Of a stretch of 64,000 nt of DNA, positions 27,102 to 40,219 are shown piece after piece (position 1 is the first letter of the stretch; the number at the start of each line of letters is the position of its first letter). Origin of the DNA: Glaucostegus cemiculus (taxonomy: Eukaryota). The stretch covers positions 11,966,001 to 12,030,000 of the forward strand of contig CDPCPM010000011.1 of assembly GCA_976551045.1 (NCBI GenBank), given 5' to 3'. A program made the translations under genes and the position numbers. Below the pieces are notes generated by a model. It ran no database searches and was not told where the DNA came from. It worked only from the letters and a program-made list of their open reading frames with translations.

Positions 27102-27526
27102 TTAAACTTGCATTTCTGTCTGAACTTTGTGATGGACATTACTTTCACTTCCAACTACTGATTTCTTGCAGGTCAGCATGAGTAGTAATAACATTGGAAG
27201 ATGCCAGAGGCTACAGAAGAAAAGTTTGCGAGCACTGCTGCGGCTGGAGTCCCTGTAAAACCGATAGCCGAGGTAGCTAATATACAAATTGATTGGGAGT
27301 GAAATGAGGGGGAAATTCCATGTAGTAACGTCAAAGACAGAACAGAGTGTCGATAGTCCAATGAGACCAAGGCAGTGACGGAACGCCACCCGTTTACAGA
27401 GTGCTGGGTGTGTGACAGACATCATGCGGTAGCCACCTCGTGAGTAATCTTCCCTAAGGTTCCAGCTTAAGGCATTGAAATGTGGAAACTGCCAGGAGTA
27501 CAGAATGCCACCCAATAACAAGGCAC
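27102..27526 (-). CDS. COX10: Protoheme IX farnesyltransferase (heme O synthase), last coding exon (exon 7)
   Basis: Acceptor TTTAG| at 27528-27527, phase 1. Encodes (G)[40 protein letters not shown]...[23 protein letters not shown]...; TAA stop at 27104-27102. Confidence 0.97.
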
Positions 27527-27854
27527 CTAAACAAAGAGAAAGGGAGATGTCTAAGATTTGAAACTTGAAGTAAATCCATTCTTCTTTCCCCAAATGATTG
27601 AATTCTTAGAAAAATATCATATACATTTCAAGAGCTGATGTGAAACATTTTCCCATCAGTTCTTGGAGGTTGAAGCCCTTCTAAGTCAGTTTTGGTTATT
27701 CTTTTACACATTACATTCCCCAGTTACACATTGTTTTGCCACTAACAATGCTTAACATCTACTTAAAATCAAGTGAAATAAAATCTGAATTAAACGGAGC
27801 ACTTAAAATAACTCTCAAGTGAATATAGAGTAAACGTTTAAACCTTTTGATTTA

Positions 27855-28058
27855 CGACATTAAACATCGACTGTCCATTTCCCTCCACAGATGCTGCCTG
27901 ATCTGCTGAATTCCTCTGATGTCTTGTTTATTGCTAGGAACAACCGCACTAATTTTAGTCCCGAAGAAGGGTCCTGACCCAAAACGTTGACCATCTGCTT
28001 TTCTCCACGGATGCTGCCTGACCTGCTGAGTTCCGCCAGCATCTTGTGGTTTTTTTTC
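27855..28058 (+). mobile_element. Tandem Penelope-like-element terminal repeats with a degenerate hammerhead core
   Basis: Two copies of TCCAC(A/G)GATGCTGCCTGA(T/C)CTGCTGA; the second is preceded by CCGAAGAAGGGTCCTGACCCAAAACGTTGA. Confidence 0.65.
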
Positions 28059-28329
28059 ACCATAGGCGTACAAGTTCCCCTATAATTGATTAAAGGGTCA
28101 GGCTAAAAATTGATTTGGGCCTTACAAAGTAACCCCAAAGTTAAGACATGGAAGTGTGTTTTTTTTTTACTGAGGGGGAGAAAATCAAATGCAAATTTAT
28201 TTTTGGTTGAAAAGATCTTTGGGCAAGCACTGGGAGAAGATGTAGTTAACCTGTAGGCTTGGGACTTGTGAGCAATGTGGGAAAGAGACTCCAGTTAAGA
28301 CTGCCTTTACAAGCTCTGTCCTCACTTTG

Positions 28330-29610
28330 CCATGACCAAGAACAGGTTTGGAAGGTGTCAAATTGAATGGCAATTGCCATATGTGGTCTTTTTTAAGTTT
28401 ACAGAATCCTTTGACTCTATCAACTCAGAGAGACTGTCAAAAATTCTTCTCAAGTTTGGCTGATCCCAGAAGTTCATCTACATTCTATGTTTGCTACTTG
28501 TAAGCTGTGACCCTGACCAAAAGATGCTCTGTAGATCCAGTCCCTTGCAGATTGTGACACTGCTCTAATGTTCTTTTCAATTTTCCTTGCCTCACTATTG
28601 CATCCGATCTCCAAAAGGCTTCCCACTGGAGTGAAGCTAATGTTCACCTCCACTCCAACCTCAGTCACTGAGCTGTAGTACATAGACATCACAAGTGTTT
28701 GTGCACACTTGGAAATGGAGTGCTGTCATTGCTAATTAGCTCACTTAAGTGTATGAGAGAGTGGGCCTTAAACAAAACATGTAAAACAAAGATCCTTTAT
28801 CAACCTGCCCCTGTGCACAACATAGCCCTTCCCATGATAGTAAAGGATAGGACTCCAAAAAACACAGATCACTCTCTATTTCTCAGGAGACACCTCCCAT
28901 CAGAGGCAGACAATGATGATATAATACACCATTGCCTCCAGTGGGCGAGCCCAGCCTTTGGCTGTCAGAGGAAAAGCATGTTCAAAGTTAGGACCTCAAA
29001 CCCAGAACAACAGCTTATGGTTTATCAGGCAGCAGTGATCCCCATCTCCCAGTACAAGAGGCAGCTCTGGAGAGGTACCTCAACCTTATTCCCACTAAAT
29101 CCTTCAAATCCAAAGGGAGGATAAGTAAATCCCATGTTAACATCCCCAGCAGCGAGGCTCTGATCACATTTAATCAGATAAATTGGTGGACCATACTGTT
29201 TGCATACATGACCTAAGATTCCCTAAAAAATTCATTCATTTCTGAACTTGGACATGGCAAGAGATACCAGGTCAAAATGTGTCAAGGATGTTCTCAAATC
29301 TTCCTTGCTAATACATAATATCTTCACCAAATTGTGGGAAGTCCTGGCCTTCGACTTCTCAAAATTATTGCCTATTCAGAAGACAGTGTGAAACTTGTTC
29401 CTTTGTCAGTACATGTGAAAGCAGAGCAAAAGTAGTGGAAGGCTTGTACTGCCTCCCTTACTAATCACCCATCTGCCACGTCAAGCATCTCTGCCTCACT
29501 TGTGGCAGCGTCTAAGGATTAAACACTGGCCTCATTAGCCACCATAGAACCCACAGTACTAGAATGGAAGCAAGTCATCTTCGACTCCAAGGAAGTACAC
29601 AGAAAGAGAA
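28330..29610 (+). mobile_element. RTE-clade (BovB-like) LINE, degraded RT and C-terminus to the 3' end
   Basis: Frameshifted remnants FDSIN..ILLKFG.P.KF, KTKILYQP, ADNDDIIHHCLQWASPAFG, LMVYQAAVIP, GLISHHRTH, and a GGAAGCAAGTCATC 3' UTR. Confidence 0.75.
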
Positions 29611-29974
29611 GAGGTGTGGGGTGGTACAAATGAAGCGCAAAGCAGACCATCTGGCAAACATAATTAAGCAAGAATGAACAGAAAATTTAATGATATGTTT
29701 TTAAGAATATATATTTTACCTTGGTTTGTGTTACTTAAGAATACGAATGGGAGGTCCTCATAAGGCAGAAACATTGTCACAAACATTGGACATTCACAAA
29801 ATGAGGGTACACATTTAAGAGATATAAACTGTTGGCCTGCACAATTTCAAAAATACTTTTATGCCAAATACATCCTCGGCATCAATAAGTTTCTTCATGT
29901 TTTGCAGACAATGTAAAGACATTTAATAAAATAAATTTGATTTTTTTTAGCAAAATATAGGACTCCTCCTAACA

Positions 29975-30538
29975 TACTGAAATGATCCAACTTTATAAAA
30001 CCTTAGTCAAACCTCAGCTGGAGTACTGTGAACAGTTCTGGTCACCAAGGTATCAGAAGGATATGATGGTGCTGGAGATGGTACAGAGGAGATTCACCAG
30101 GATGTTACCTGGGATACAGCAGTTCAGGTAAGAGGAGAGAATGGAGAAGCTGGGCCTTTTTCCCCTTGAAGTGGAAGAGGGGACATGACTGAGGTATAAC
30201 ATTATGAAGGGTACAGACAGGACAAACTGTGGGAAACTTTTCCCCATACGAAAGGTAGATAAAACTAGAGGACATAGGTTTAGAGTAAGGGGGAAAGAGA
30301 TTTAGAGGTGATATGAGGTGGACCTTCTTCATCCAGAGAGTGGTAAGTACTTAGAACTTGCTGCCTGAGAGAGTGGTTGAAGCTGAATTACTGACAGTGT
30401 TTAATAAGGGTCTAGATGAACACTTGAATTATTTGAATTGCTGGGTGATGTGGTTCATACGGAAGGGTGCCCACTGGTTGGAGTGGATGAGTTGGGCTGA
30501 ATGGCCTGTTTCCATGCTGTACAATTCTATGATTCTAT
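29975..30538 (+). mobile_element. CR1/HER1-like LINE 3' end
   Basis: Encodes LYKTLVKPQLEYCEQFWSP...LEMVQRRFTRMLPG; ends TGGCCTGTTTCCATGCTGTACAATTCTATGATTCTAT (CR1 octamer tail). Confidence 0.9.
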
Positions 30539-32612
30539 TAATAACAGTTGGAACAACTGATGGCAGAAAATACAATGAGCAATTACAGAGAACTCTGAAC
30601 TGAGGAAGAATTTGTTATCATCATTGCGATTATAATTTTCCCCACAGGAAGATAAAGATGATATTCTGTAATTACTCTTTGACTATCTTTTTTATGGTTC
30701 ACAGCATGGAAGTGACAGGATGCACAAGAGTCATTAGCCCTGTTTACATTAGCAGATGGAATCAGTATCTGATCAATGAGGTTGACCAATCTTGAAACTG
30801 CCCTGTTTATATTAGCGTCTCAAAGAAGGGAAGCTCTGATGACAGATTACGAGTTACATATGCTAGGTTCGCTTGGAAGTATGTCAGAGACAAAATATGT
30901 CAGCATTCAGCAAGCTTCACTCTTCCCAGGTAGCTCTAAGGCCATTATGGTGTGGCCACAAGTGGTAGCAGTTTATTTAACACTTATTCTGATGTCAAAA
31001 TATGACGAAACACAGGGAAGGAAAACGCTAATGGTTCCACAAATGCAATTATATGCTCTGCGCATACTGTTGGATTGGGGTGGAATAAGCTGAAATTTAA
31101 CCATGATTTTAAATAATTTACATCTGCTGAAATAATTTTGATTTTACTTCATCACATTAATTGCATTTGATTGCAAGTACCTATTCAAACATATTTTCTG
31201 AATGTTATCTTGGAGTCCATGTCCTTATATTGCATTTACTGTAATGTTTTGGTGGTTTGAATGGAATCACAATTTATTTACACCTGCTGCTGGGGAATCT
31301 TGCCTTGCTAAGATCTAGAGATACAAAAACAGACAATTCCACTCAAATCTCTGCCTTTTAAATAGCATTCGGGCAGAGATTACAATATATGTAAGAAATT
31401 AATTTGTTTAAAACTCTGTCTTGAACTCACCTTCCAACAAACACTGAAGCTTGGATATGCCTGCCAGTAACTAATGGTATGACTGGGCAGAAGCTCCTTC
31501 ATCAATCCACTTTAGACAAAGCAATGCTGAAGTAGAAACTTTCAATGACTGAAAACTGCAGCAGCTTTGTGTATCATTACTATCTGGGATAAGACATTGG
31601 TCACTGGAATACGGGTGATCTGAGGCCACCAAGGATGCATCATGTCAAGTGCTCTTCTACTGTGCCACCACCCACCATGAGGAAATCTCTTCATCTGATG
31701 AACAATTAATGATAAGGGCCATCATGTGTCCACTGGGACAGGGTTAGATCAGCTCTGGGTGGTTTGTGCATTTGTTATAAGCCTTTAAATTGTGTTTCTC
31801 TGGATTCGGTTTAGCAATAATGTAACATTTAGCAACAGGCATATCAAGTGTATTCTATGATTTGAATTTGCGCTAGGGAAATAGTCATTCATCTGAGTGG
31901 CTACAGACATTGTTTATCTCCAATTAAACCTTTGTGCCGGAAAGAGTTAGGTTTAGAAATAATCATGGGATGAACATACACTGAACTATCACTTTGATCC
32001 TCACAGGAACAGAGGCCCAGTGACATCCGGCATAAACAACCAAATGCAAACTAATTGGTTTAAATTATAAAACTGTCGGCTGTTTAACATACAGCAAACA
32101 ACTGAATAGCACAACAATACTAATGTGAACAGTGATGATGGTTCCGTTTCATGAGAGGCAGCTACTTTGGAAATATGGTTAAATCAGTTTGAAGTAAGTG
32201 TTTAACAGAATATAGTTTATATTACTGAAATAAACATACATCTGTGAGAAGAAAGCCAGTCAGCTATTTGTTATTCATCTATCCAGAGTGATCCTACAAG
32301 AAGTTCCTCTACCGTATCATCTAACTTGATTCAATTCCTCTTTCAATCAACTTGCAGGTGAAGAAAAACTTCCTGATACAAGATCTAGTTATTCAATACT
32401 AAATTATGCAACATTGTTAAGGTATTTCTCCTTGCTGTGAACTAATGAACTGTCATGTTAGGTTACGGGAGATTTTTCCTCCAAACTGCTCATCTTAAGA
32501 TGATGATTCATATTTATAATTGATATAGATGAGTTTTTACAAAAATCAAACTTACTATATGGTCAACTGTTCTTCCGTAAGAACTTTTGGAAGACAGGCT
32601 GTGAGAACCTAC

Positions 32613-32845
32613 CTGCACTGATGCTGCCAGTTGCTGCTGTCCAGCCCATGACCGGAGGAATAGCACCAACCACAGAGCCTACCCAAGTATTCAGAATACT
32701 CAACCGTTTCATTGGCGTGTAGCAGCATGTATAGAGGAAAATGTTAAAGGCACCCAATGCTCCAGTTAATGGGTTAACTCCAAGTGCCAATACTGCGATA
32801 CCAGGCAGACTGCAGGCGAATGCGAAGGACACTGCGTGGAGAGGA
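32613..32845 (-). CDS. COX10: COX10 internal coding exon 6 (233 bp)
   Basis: Acceptor CCCCTAG| at 32847-32846 (phase 2) and donor G|GTAGG at 32612 (phase 1). Encodes [78 protein letters not shown]. Phases join exons 5 and 7 in frame. Confidence 0.97.
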
Positions 32846-33517
32846 CTAGGGGTTTAAAAGAAAACACGTGGATCAGCAAGCTGGATACGCAATACTCAGA
32901 TATTCAGAAAAAAAAGACATTGCTATGCTACAACTTACTTGTTTAAGATTTCAGTGATGCACAACTGCTAGCAATAACGAATTAACCAGAAAATTTGCCA
33001 TTTTTCTTTATCTCCCTACCCATCCCATGCCACAAGACATTTGTGTCAGTTGCTGGTGTCTGGTCTGTGACTATGAATCTGCTACACTATTTAACTTCAA
33101 GCTATTTTTTAGACAAGTATTAACTTCCTTGTTCAAGGGTGGGTATGATTGTAATACAATGAATTAACAAATAAGTATTTTTTCTTCTGCAAACCGGCTG
33201 CATTAAAATCAATTAGTTGTAAGGAACTATACAAGTTTTCCTTTCAATCTTCTGAAATTAAGTACAGCACTTATTTATCAGCTCAAATCTACAAGAATCT
33301 CTGGAAAAATAATGGGAGGATGTTTCACTAAGGCTATTTGATGACCTGTCTAGACATGACATTGCTCTTTGTGAAGCTGACTGAATACATACCCAACAAT
33401 GATTATATGAACTGTAGATTCCTCACAAATGGCAATAATCATTAAACATCATACTTGTTTGTTTATCCAAAATTCAGTAATTTTCAGCAGGATATACTCA
33501 AATCATACTCACAACTC

Positions 33518-33545
33518 CAAGACAATATATAGTTATATTGTCTTG
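33518..33545. repeat. Perfect 12-bp inverted repeat, 4-nt loop
   Basis: CAAGACAATATA-TAGT-TATATTGTCTTG. Confidence 0.9.
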
Positions 33546-36369
33546 TAGAAATAAAATTTTAAATTCCACTGTTTATTTTTATTGAACTAAAACAAGTAAC
33601 TGCAAGGAATCTGTGGCATCTTTCCTGATGTCTTGGAGTTTACTAAGTGAGAAGCTGAGCCAAATAGACAAGATTAGTTCCAAAGTCAGCTGATTTCAGC
33701 TGCCCGATTTCAATCTTCAATTCTCAAACCTGAACTACATGACATTCTGCTTCATTTGCAGTTTGTGCAAAACCAATAGGTGCCAGGGATTCATTCTAGT
33801 TTTGAATCTGGAGCCCAAAGAAACCCTGATCTGCTTTGTAGCAATACTAACGTTTATGAATTGATATACTTCTATTACTTTTCTGGATGATGGATCTTAT
33901 AACACATGAATGTAATACCTAAAAAATATAAAAGTCTGAGTTATAGTATATTCTCCAGTTCTGAGGAGTAGGTGATGCCTGTGTGTGTAATTTAATGTTG
34001 GGTGGCTGTTGCATCCTGGCTACCAGCCAGTCTTGAAAGTGTGAGGTCTTGGTCAAATGACAAGAAGGTCCAAGTAGACAGGAGGCCACGTTCTGCTGCA
34101 CATTGGTCTGTCTCTTAAGTATGGGGTAATGAACAAAATGAAATGGGATTTATGATCGTACCAGAGCTCTAGCTTTTCGATATAAGCTAGGGTGATTTGT
34201 AACTATCTTGTAACTACCCATTACAAAATGAAGAAGTTCATCTTTCACACAAAGGAAGGAAAACCCAATATTACCACAACAGATAAAAAAAATGACATAT
34301 TATCTAGAAACGATCAGTTTCAAACTCAAAGTCCCCTTCGGGGATTCTAAGCTTACTTTCACATACTGTCCAAACTCAGCAGTACAATCAGCACTATTCA
34401 TTGCAAAACAGATTATATTGTTAATTGTTAACAACTGGAAGTTTTTTTTAACAATCTTACAATGAAGCAGATGAAATGGAGTGTGGGATTATTTCAACAA
34501 AGAAACAAGGGAATGCAGACCTCTGAGGTAAAAATTGATTATGGTATTTTTTTACATAGGGTTCTTGTGGGCAGATGTTGTTCCTTCACAATTAGATAGC
34601 ATAAACAGGTTCTGGTGCATAGCTAGGTGTCACGGTATCCTGAATCTAATCAGAAATATACTGGAGTTTCACCAACCTGTCAAATGAGGATTGCAAGCAA
34701 CTTTAAGCAAATGAAGAAAGGGTACAGAATGGTGCAATGATAGAGATGATGATTCAGGGCAGCCACTTATGCTTTATTACGGCTGGGGAAGGGGGGGGGG
34801 GGGGGTTATTAACTTTTAAACCAGCAAATTGGAATTAAGTTACCTTTCAACTCACTTAAAAAGTGATTTCTAGACCTGTAAACTCTTTATAGCATGGCTT
34901 ACTGCATTGCAGTCATTTTAATGTTTGCTTTTTCAAAAGCTTTTGTACTTTAGTGTGAGGTTTGGATTCTAGATTATGTAAAACACTGTGAAAGATCTGC
35001 CTATAGCTAGATAAAACAATAACATTCAAACATTTATTTTTAGTGATGCTCTGAAAGAAAGCCAATGGGATGGAATAATAAATAGAAATGAAATCTTGGG
35101 TAAAATTTGCTAAGTACTCCCAGGAGGCTGCATGATCAGAGTTGGAGAGCAGAGAACTTATTTACTCTTTTGTCTGGGGTCCGATGTACAACACTGATGG
35201 ATGGGGAATAGAAATGAAAGTTTAGAAGTTAAACATTTTGAAAAGCTCACTGAATTTTAAATCACACCTTTTATTTGTTAGACCTGAAGTCAAGGCAAAT
35301 GCTAGGCTCAAGGTTAACTCTTGGAAAATAATTGTTCTGCTAAATCATTGAGGGAATTATATTTTTGTATGTAACCCGAAAAATCAGTTTCATACATTTA
35401 TAGGACAGTTCAAAAAAAATGGCCTTCTGAGTTTCATTTCTCAATCAACATTTATTGACAAAATCCAATGGTCTACCAAACTCCTATAAAATGCATATAT
35501 TCCACCAAAGGGAATATGAACTGCAGTTACTGGAATAATTTGTTGAGTCCTGCTTGTGTAATTGATTCTCAAAGCAGAACCAAGTAATATAAAATTATAT
35601 TTTTTAGCTAGATCTGAAATGTCTATTTTTAAGTGCCCTTTTAAGTGCCACCCATACACGTGACCACCAACAATACAGATTACAATATTAATGTGCAAAA
35701 GTGGTCAACATTTTTTCCTAAAAACAGCTAAGAGAAAAAGCTAACAAAGCCAAGGACCAGAATGGTTAACGGAATGATTTATTCCTCACTAATTCTATAC
35801 CAAGGAACCTTCAGGACTCAGCACTGCCACTTCCAAAGTGGAAAGCGGATTGGACTAAACTCTCCTCAGAAAAATCTCCTCAAAGAACTCTTGTAACAGG
35901 CATGAATGCTATTTTAGCTTTCTACTTAATACTTCATGCAAACATAATAGCAACTCATACAGAATCAATGTGAATCTGACAGGTCAGAATAAACAGTAAT
36001 ATGATGGACATATGAATAAAATGCCATAAAAAGGAATGTGCCATTTTACTACATTCAGTCTTCATTGCTGTGGAATAGGATTCAATTTGAAACTGGAGGA
36101 AGTGTTTGCAGAAAACATGAATAAACATTACTTTTAACAGCTTCATAAATCATATATTTTTTTTATTAATAAGGCTAAACTGTCCCCTTCAATAAATCAT
36201 TCTCAAGCATCGAAACACTGGGCTTTGAAATGTTGCCTTATGGGAATAGATAATAAGCACATTTATAGAAGATTGTAAAATAATTTATTCATTTTGATTT
36301 TATGATGACTATTTTCCAAGGTACTACACACGTTACCTCAGAGGAAAATGAGAATTAAATGACATATTC

Positions 36370-36995
36370 TGCACTTGAGGCCTTCACATCCTCCCTAAAC
36401 TGTGCTGACCAGAAATATACATGATGCACTGAACTAGTGTTTTATAAAGATTCAACATAACTTCCTTGCTTCTGAACTTCACACTTCTAATTGTAAAATC
36501 CCAACTCCCCTACTCCTTTATGACCAATCTTTCAATCTCCCCTGCCACCTTCTAGAAATGTAGACATATGCTCTTGTTCTCTCTGTTCATGCATTCACTA
36601 TTGAATTAAATCCTTTAAGATCATAATGCTTCTCCTTTTCTCCTTACTCCTACTAAAATGGATCATTTTTCTGCATCAAGCGTGACCTGTCTCATAATCA
36701 TCTATTGTACTTGCAGCAAAAACATTTATAGAATAGATGATACTGGAAACAAAATGAAACAATATACCTGGCATATAATTAATTACATCCATCAATTCCA
36801 CCAACCTGTTTCATCCCTTTGAATTCTACCATCCTCCGTATCAACATTTACTAGATTTCCAAGTTTTGAAATTGTGCCCTGTACACTCAAGCCCAAGTCA
36901 TTAATCTATCTTTTGAGAAAAACAGTAATCCAAATACTAATCTCTGGGGAGCACCATTGCAAATGCTTTCCTCCATCTTGAAAAACAACCTTCAA
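36370..36995 (-). mobile_element. Old CR1 RT fragment carrying a ~95-bp insertion
   Basis: TGCTGACCAGAAA..TTCAACATAACTTCCTTGCT..CCCTGCCACCTTC..CCCAAGTCATTAAT..CTGGGGAGCACCATTG parallels 54340-54835. Confidence 0.65.
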
Positions 36996-39900
36996 TCTAA
37001 GCAGTCTCATCCTCAGAGTCAAAGACAGTGCCAATAACTATGTACTGAATAATATACTAATAGCTGTTCTCCAAATAAGTCAGCAAAATTTAAATAAGTA
37101 AAAACTCTAGAAATGTGTGTTAAGTTTTTGGACATTTTAAGATGTACTTATTCCAGAAGTATAGCTCTGATGCAAAATGATTTTAATTTAAATTTATATC
37201 GATGCTCAAGGTCTAGGATGCAAATTTGGAGTTAGTGCCTGAATTGTCTCTCAGTGATCTCATCCTACTTCACTGTGGTGTCAAACGAAGGTTGTTATCA
37301 AAATAATGCAAAGGCACTCTTAAACTGAATTAGTTTTAGGATTTAACTTTTATCAAATATTTAATGAGCTCTACTGAAGAAAACACAGGATTAATATTAG
37401 GTTCTAGCAAACGTGTGGATAAATATATGGATTCAATCTTTTGCAATTGCTAAATTGAGCTGTGTTGAAAAGGTAATACAGAAACCTGAGGGAGAGGAAA
37501 GGGAATTGTGAGCCAATTCCATCCTGCACTTGTATTTCCATCTCAAGTAGTGCAACGAGAAAGTATTTCCAAAATTTCAGACACAGGAAATAAAACTTTC
37601 TTCTGCTGCCTTACAAATGGTGAACTGAAGTGGAAGTGCTGGGAGAAAGGGTTACACTATTTACAACATTTTAAGAAAAAGTAGTCAACACGAAGAGCTG
37701 ATCTTCCGAAACATTAGTCTAAAATCAACAGTTTGGTTGAGTTGTAATTGTTGCAAAAACATTTATAGAGTAAATGGTACTAGAAACAAAACTGAAAAAA
37801 AAAACATTTTATCTTACATAAAAACTGCCATCAATAAAGGCAAAAGCTTTTTTTTATATAATTGCAAGAACACTTAGGGTGTAATGCTAAAAAGAGATTA
37901 ACATGCTAGCCTCTGTGTATTTTTATATTGGTGTACAAGTGGAATTAACCTGACCTGTGTTATGGTCTACATCCAATGGAAGTAAAGTAGAAAGGATAAA
38001 ACTGATGGCCACTAGTTTGGATATGATGGGTTCAGTAATGGTTTTGTTACTTAGTACTGTGCATGGAAAATGTAAGATAATGATGAGGATGAAAATGACA
38101 TGTTTCAAGAGATTTATTAGTGTGTAATGGCAGGGTGAAACTGACAGTTTCAGATGTGTATTGAATCAGAAAGGAAGGACAATGCTGATAGGTTTAATTT
38201 GTATAGTAGTGGAGAGTCATTAATCTTCTTCAAATGTGGGAGGCAAAGTGTTTGTCTTAACAAGTCAGCTAAGAAATTTGTTACTTTGCAGAAATTCAAT
38301 GTCTATTTTTTCCCCCATGGTTCCAGAGACCCATTGTTTCAAGCCCAATATGTACAAGATCTAATGCTCTATAAGAATGTCTCTCCCAAGTGTTCAGAAT
38401 CCTTACCTGTTGTGAATGCAACTTGAAGCTTCAATTCCAGACTTAAGAATTTAACTGGTCTGATCCTGGACTTTTGATAAGTTCCTCGGGGTCTAAGACC
38501 TGAGGTAGGTGCCTTGTACCCACAATAACACAGGCCATTTCAGTTTCAGACATTTTAAGCAAACATTTGATGAGAAAGAGCAATAGGGGGTGGCAGTTAA
38601 TCCCATTTTTTTAATATATCTTACACGATACCTAAAACATGCATCCTCTGAAATAACTTTATCCTGTGAGTTCCTACACAACCACACATTAACCTCTGAC
38701 ACCAAAACGGCCTGAAAATTGTTATACTTCCAGATGTTTTCTGAACACTCATTACTTGGTACTTCTTTACTTTCCCAGTTAAGTAACTCACAAAAAAATA
38801 AACATTCAAAGAATTTCCTTGAGAAACTGAGGAACAAACACTTAATATGTTATTTTGACAGCCTGCAAGAAAATCAGTAAGATGCTTACAAATAAGCTGA
38901 ATTTGTGATGTATTCTACGTGCATGTATTCTATCAAAAGTGTAATTACTCGTGACATTGGAAAGAAAATTGCAAAGTTAAGCAAGATAGGAAGTACTTAT
39001 TTTGAAAGATATTGCAAAGGTGCAGTTAGAATCAAGATGATTGCATTTCAAGGTTTAATAACTGTGTAAATCTTTAATTAAATATTTTAATGCACTGAAC
39101 AAGTTTCAGTTGCCAAAGATAAAACACATTTTTTAAATATTGCATTTGGAAAATTAAGATTTGGAATTGCAGCCATGAATTATAACTGTCTGCCTGATTT
39201 TGGAATTTAACATAAGCATGTGTTGAATGGTATATTAGTAAGAAAAGCATACAGTGGTAATAGTTCCATAGAATTAACTCAGCATGACCTCTGAAAGAAG
39301 ATGAGTGCAGGACTAGAGACAGCTCCATTAGGAGTCCATCTTTCTTCTCAGCTCCTCAGCAAAAGCAGATGGAGCCTTCATTTAGCAAATTGCACCATGA
39401 CTCCAAGTTTACAGATGAGCATCTGGGATGTTTCCTCACTCAGTGTGAGGTATAACACAGTCAAATCTATCAAGTGTTCAAGCTTGCAATTAATGAGTTG
39501 GAAATCTGCACTGTACACCTCTGGATGCATCTCTCCTCCCCCACCCCTCCAACAGCCTCAGGAAAAAAAAATGAAAGAATGCCTTGAACTGTGAAGGGTC
39601 AATAGCATGTGTGCAAGATTAATATGAAAGAATCCAAGGTCCTGAGAGCACTGGAATTTTACATCATGATGCTTTAAGTTTTATATCTTTGAGACAGAAG
39701 CACAACAGTAAGACATAGTAAAACATTACACAGTATTCTGTTCATTATTGAAATCCAAATCACAATGCACATTCAATAGATATACAAAAAGAATCTGCAC
39801 TTAATCATTTAATTCTTTTATCTGACTACTGTCATTTCAGTGATTTTAACAATATAGTTCAGTTTGTATTTTAACAGAAGAATGGCATTTCATAAACTAT

Positions 39901-40219
39901 TTCATTGATTGTTTCTTCCCCTTCATGGCAGAGACTTGAAACTAATACTATAAATGGCTCTGTGGGGAATAAGTAACTTTAGAAATACCATGTGCAGCAC
40001 AATACGTGAACATACAGCAGGAGGTTTATGATCCCATTAGTAGCATTTTTTCCGAATCTATTGCCAAAAAAAATCATCCTTGGCTAATAACACCAAAACA
40101 CTGTATAGTATTGGAGGCATGTTATACTTTTGCCTCAGAAACTTAGGTCCATTAAAGTCAATGTAAGTAAGTTAGGGAGGCACAATATAATACACCTCTG
40201 CTACAATATAACAAGTTTA

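Noticed and set aside
27527-27593. Extra N-terminal residues on the COX10 163-aa ORF, and the C-terminal tail [15 protein letters not shown] of the 89-aa ORF at 32563-32612
   Set aside because: Intronic read-through past clear splice sites.
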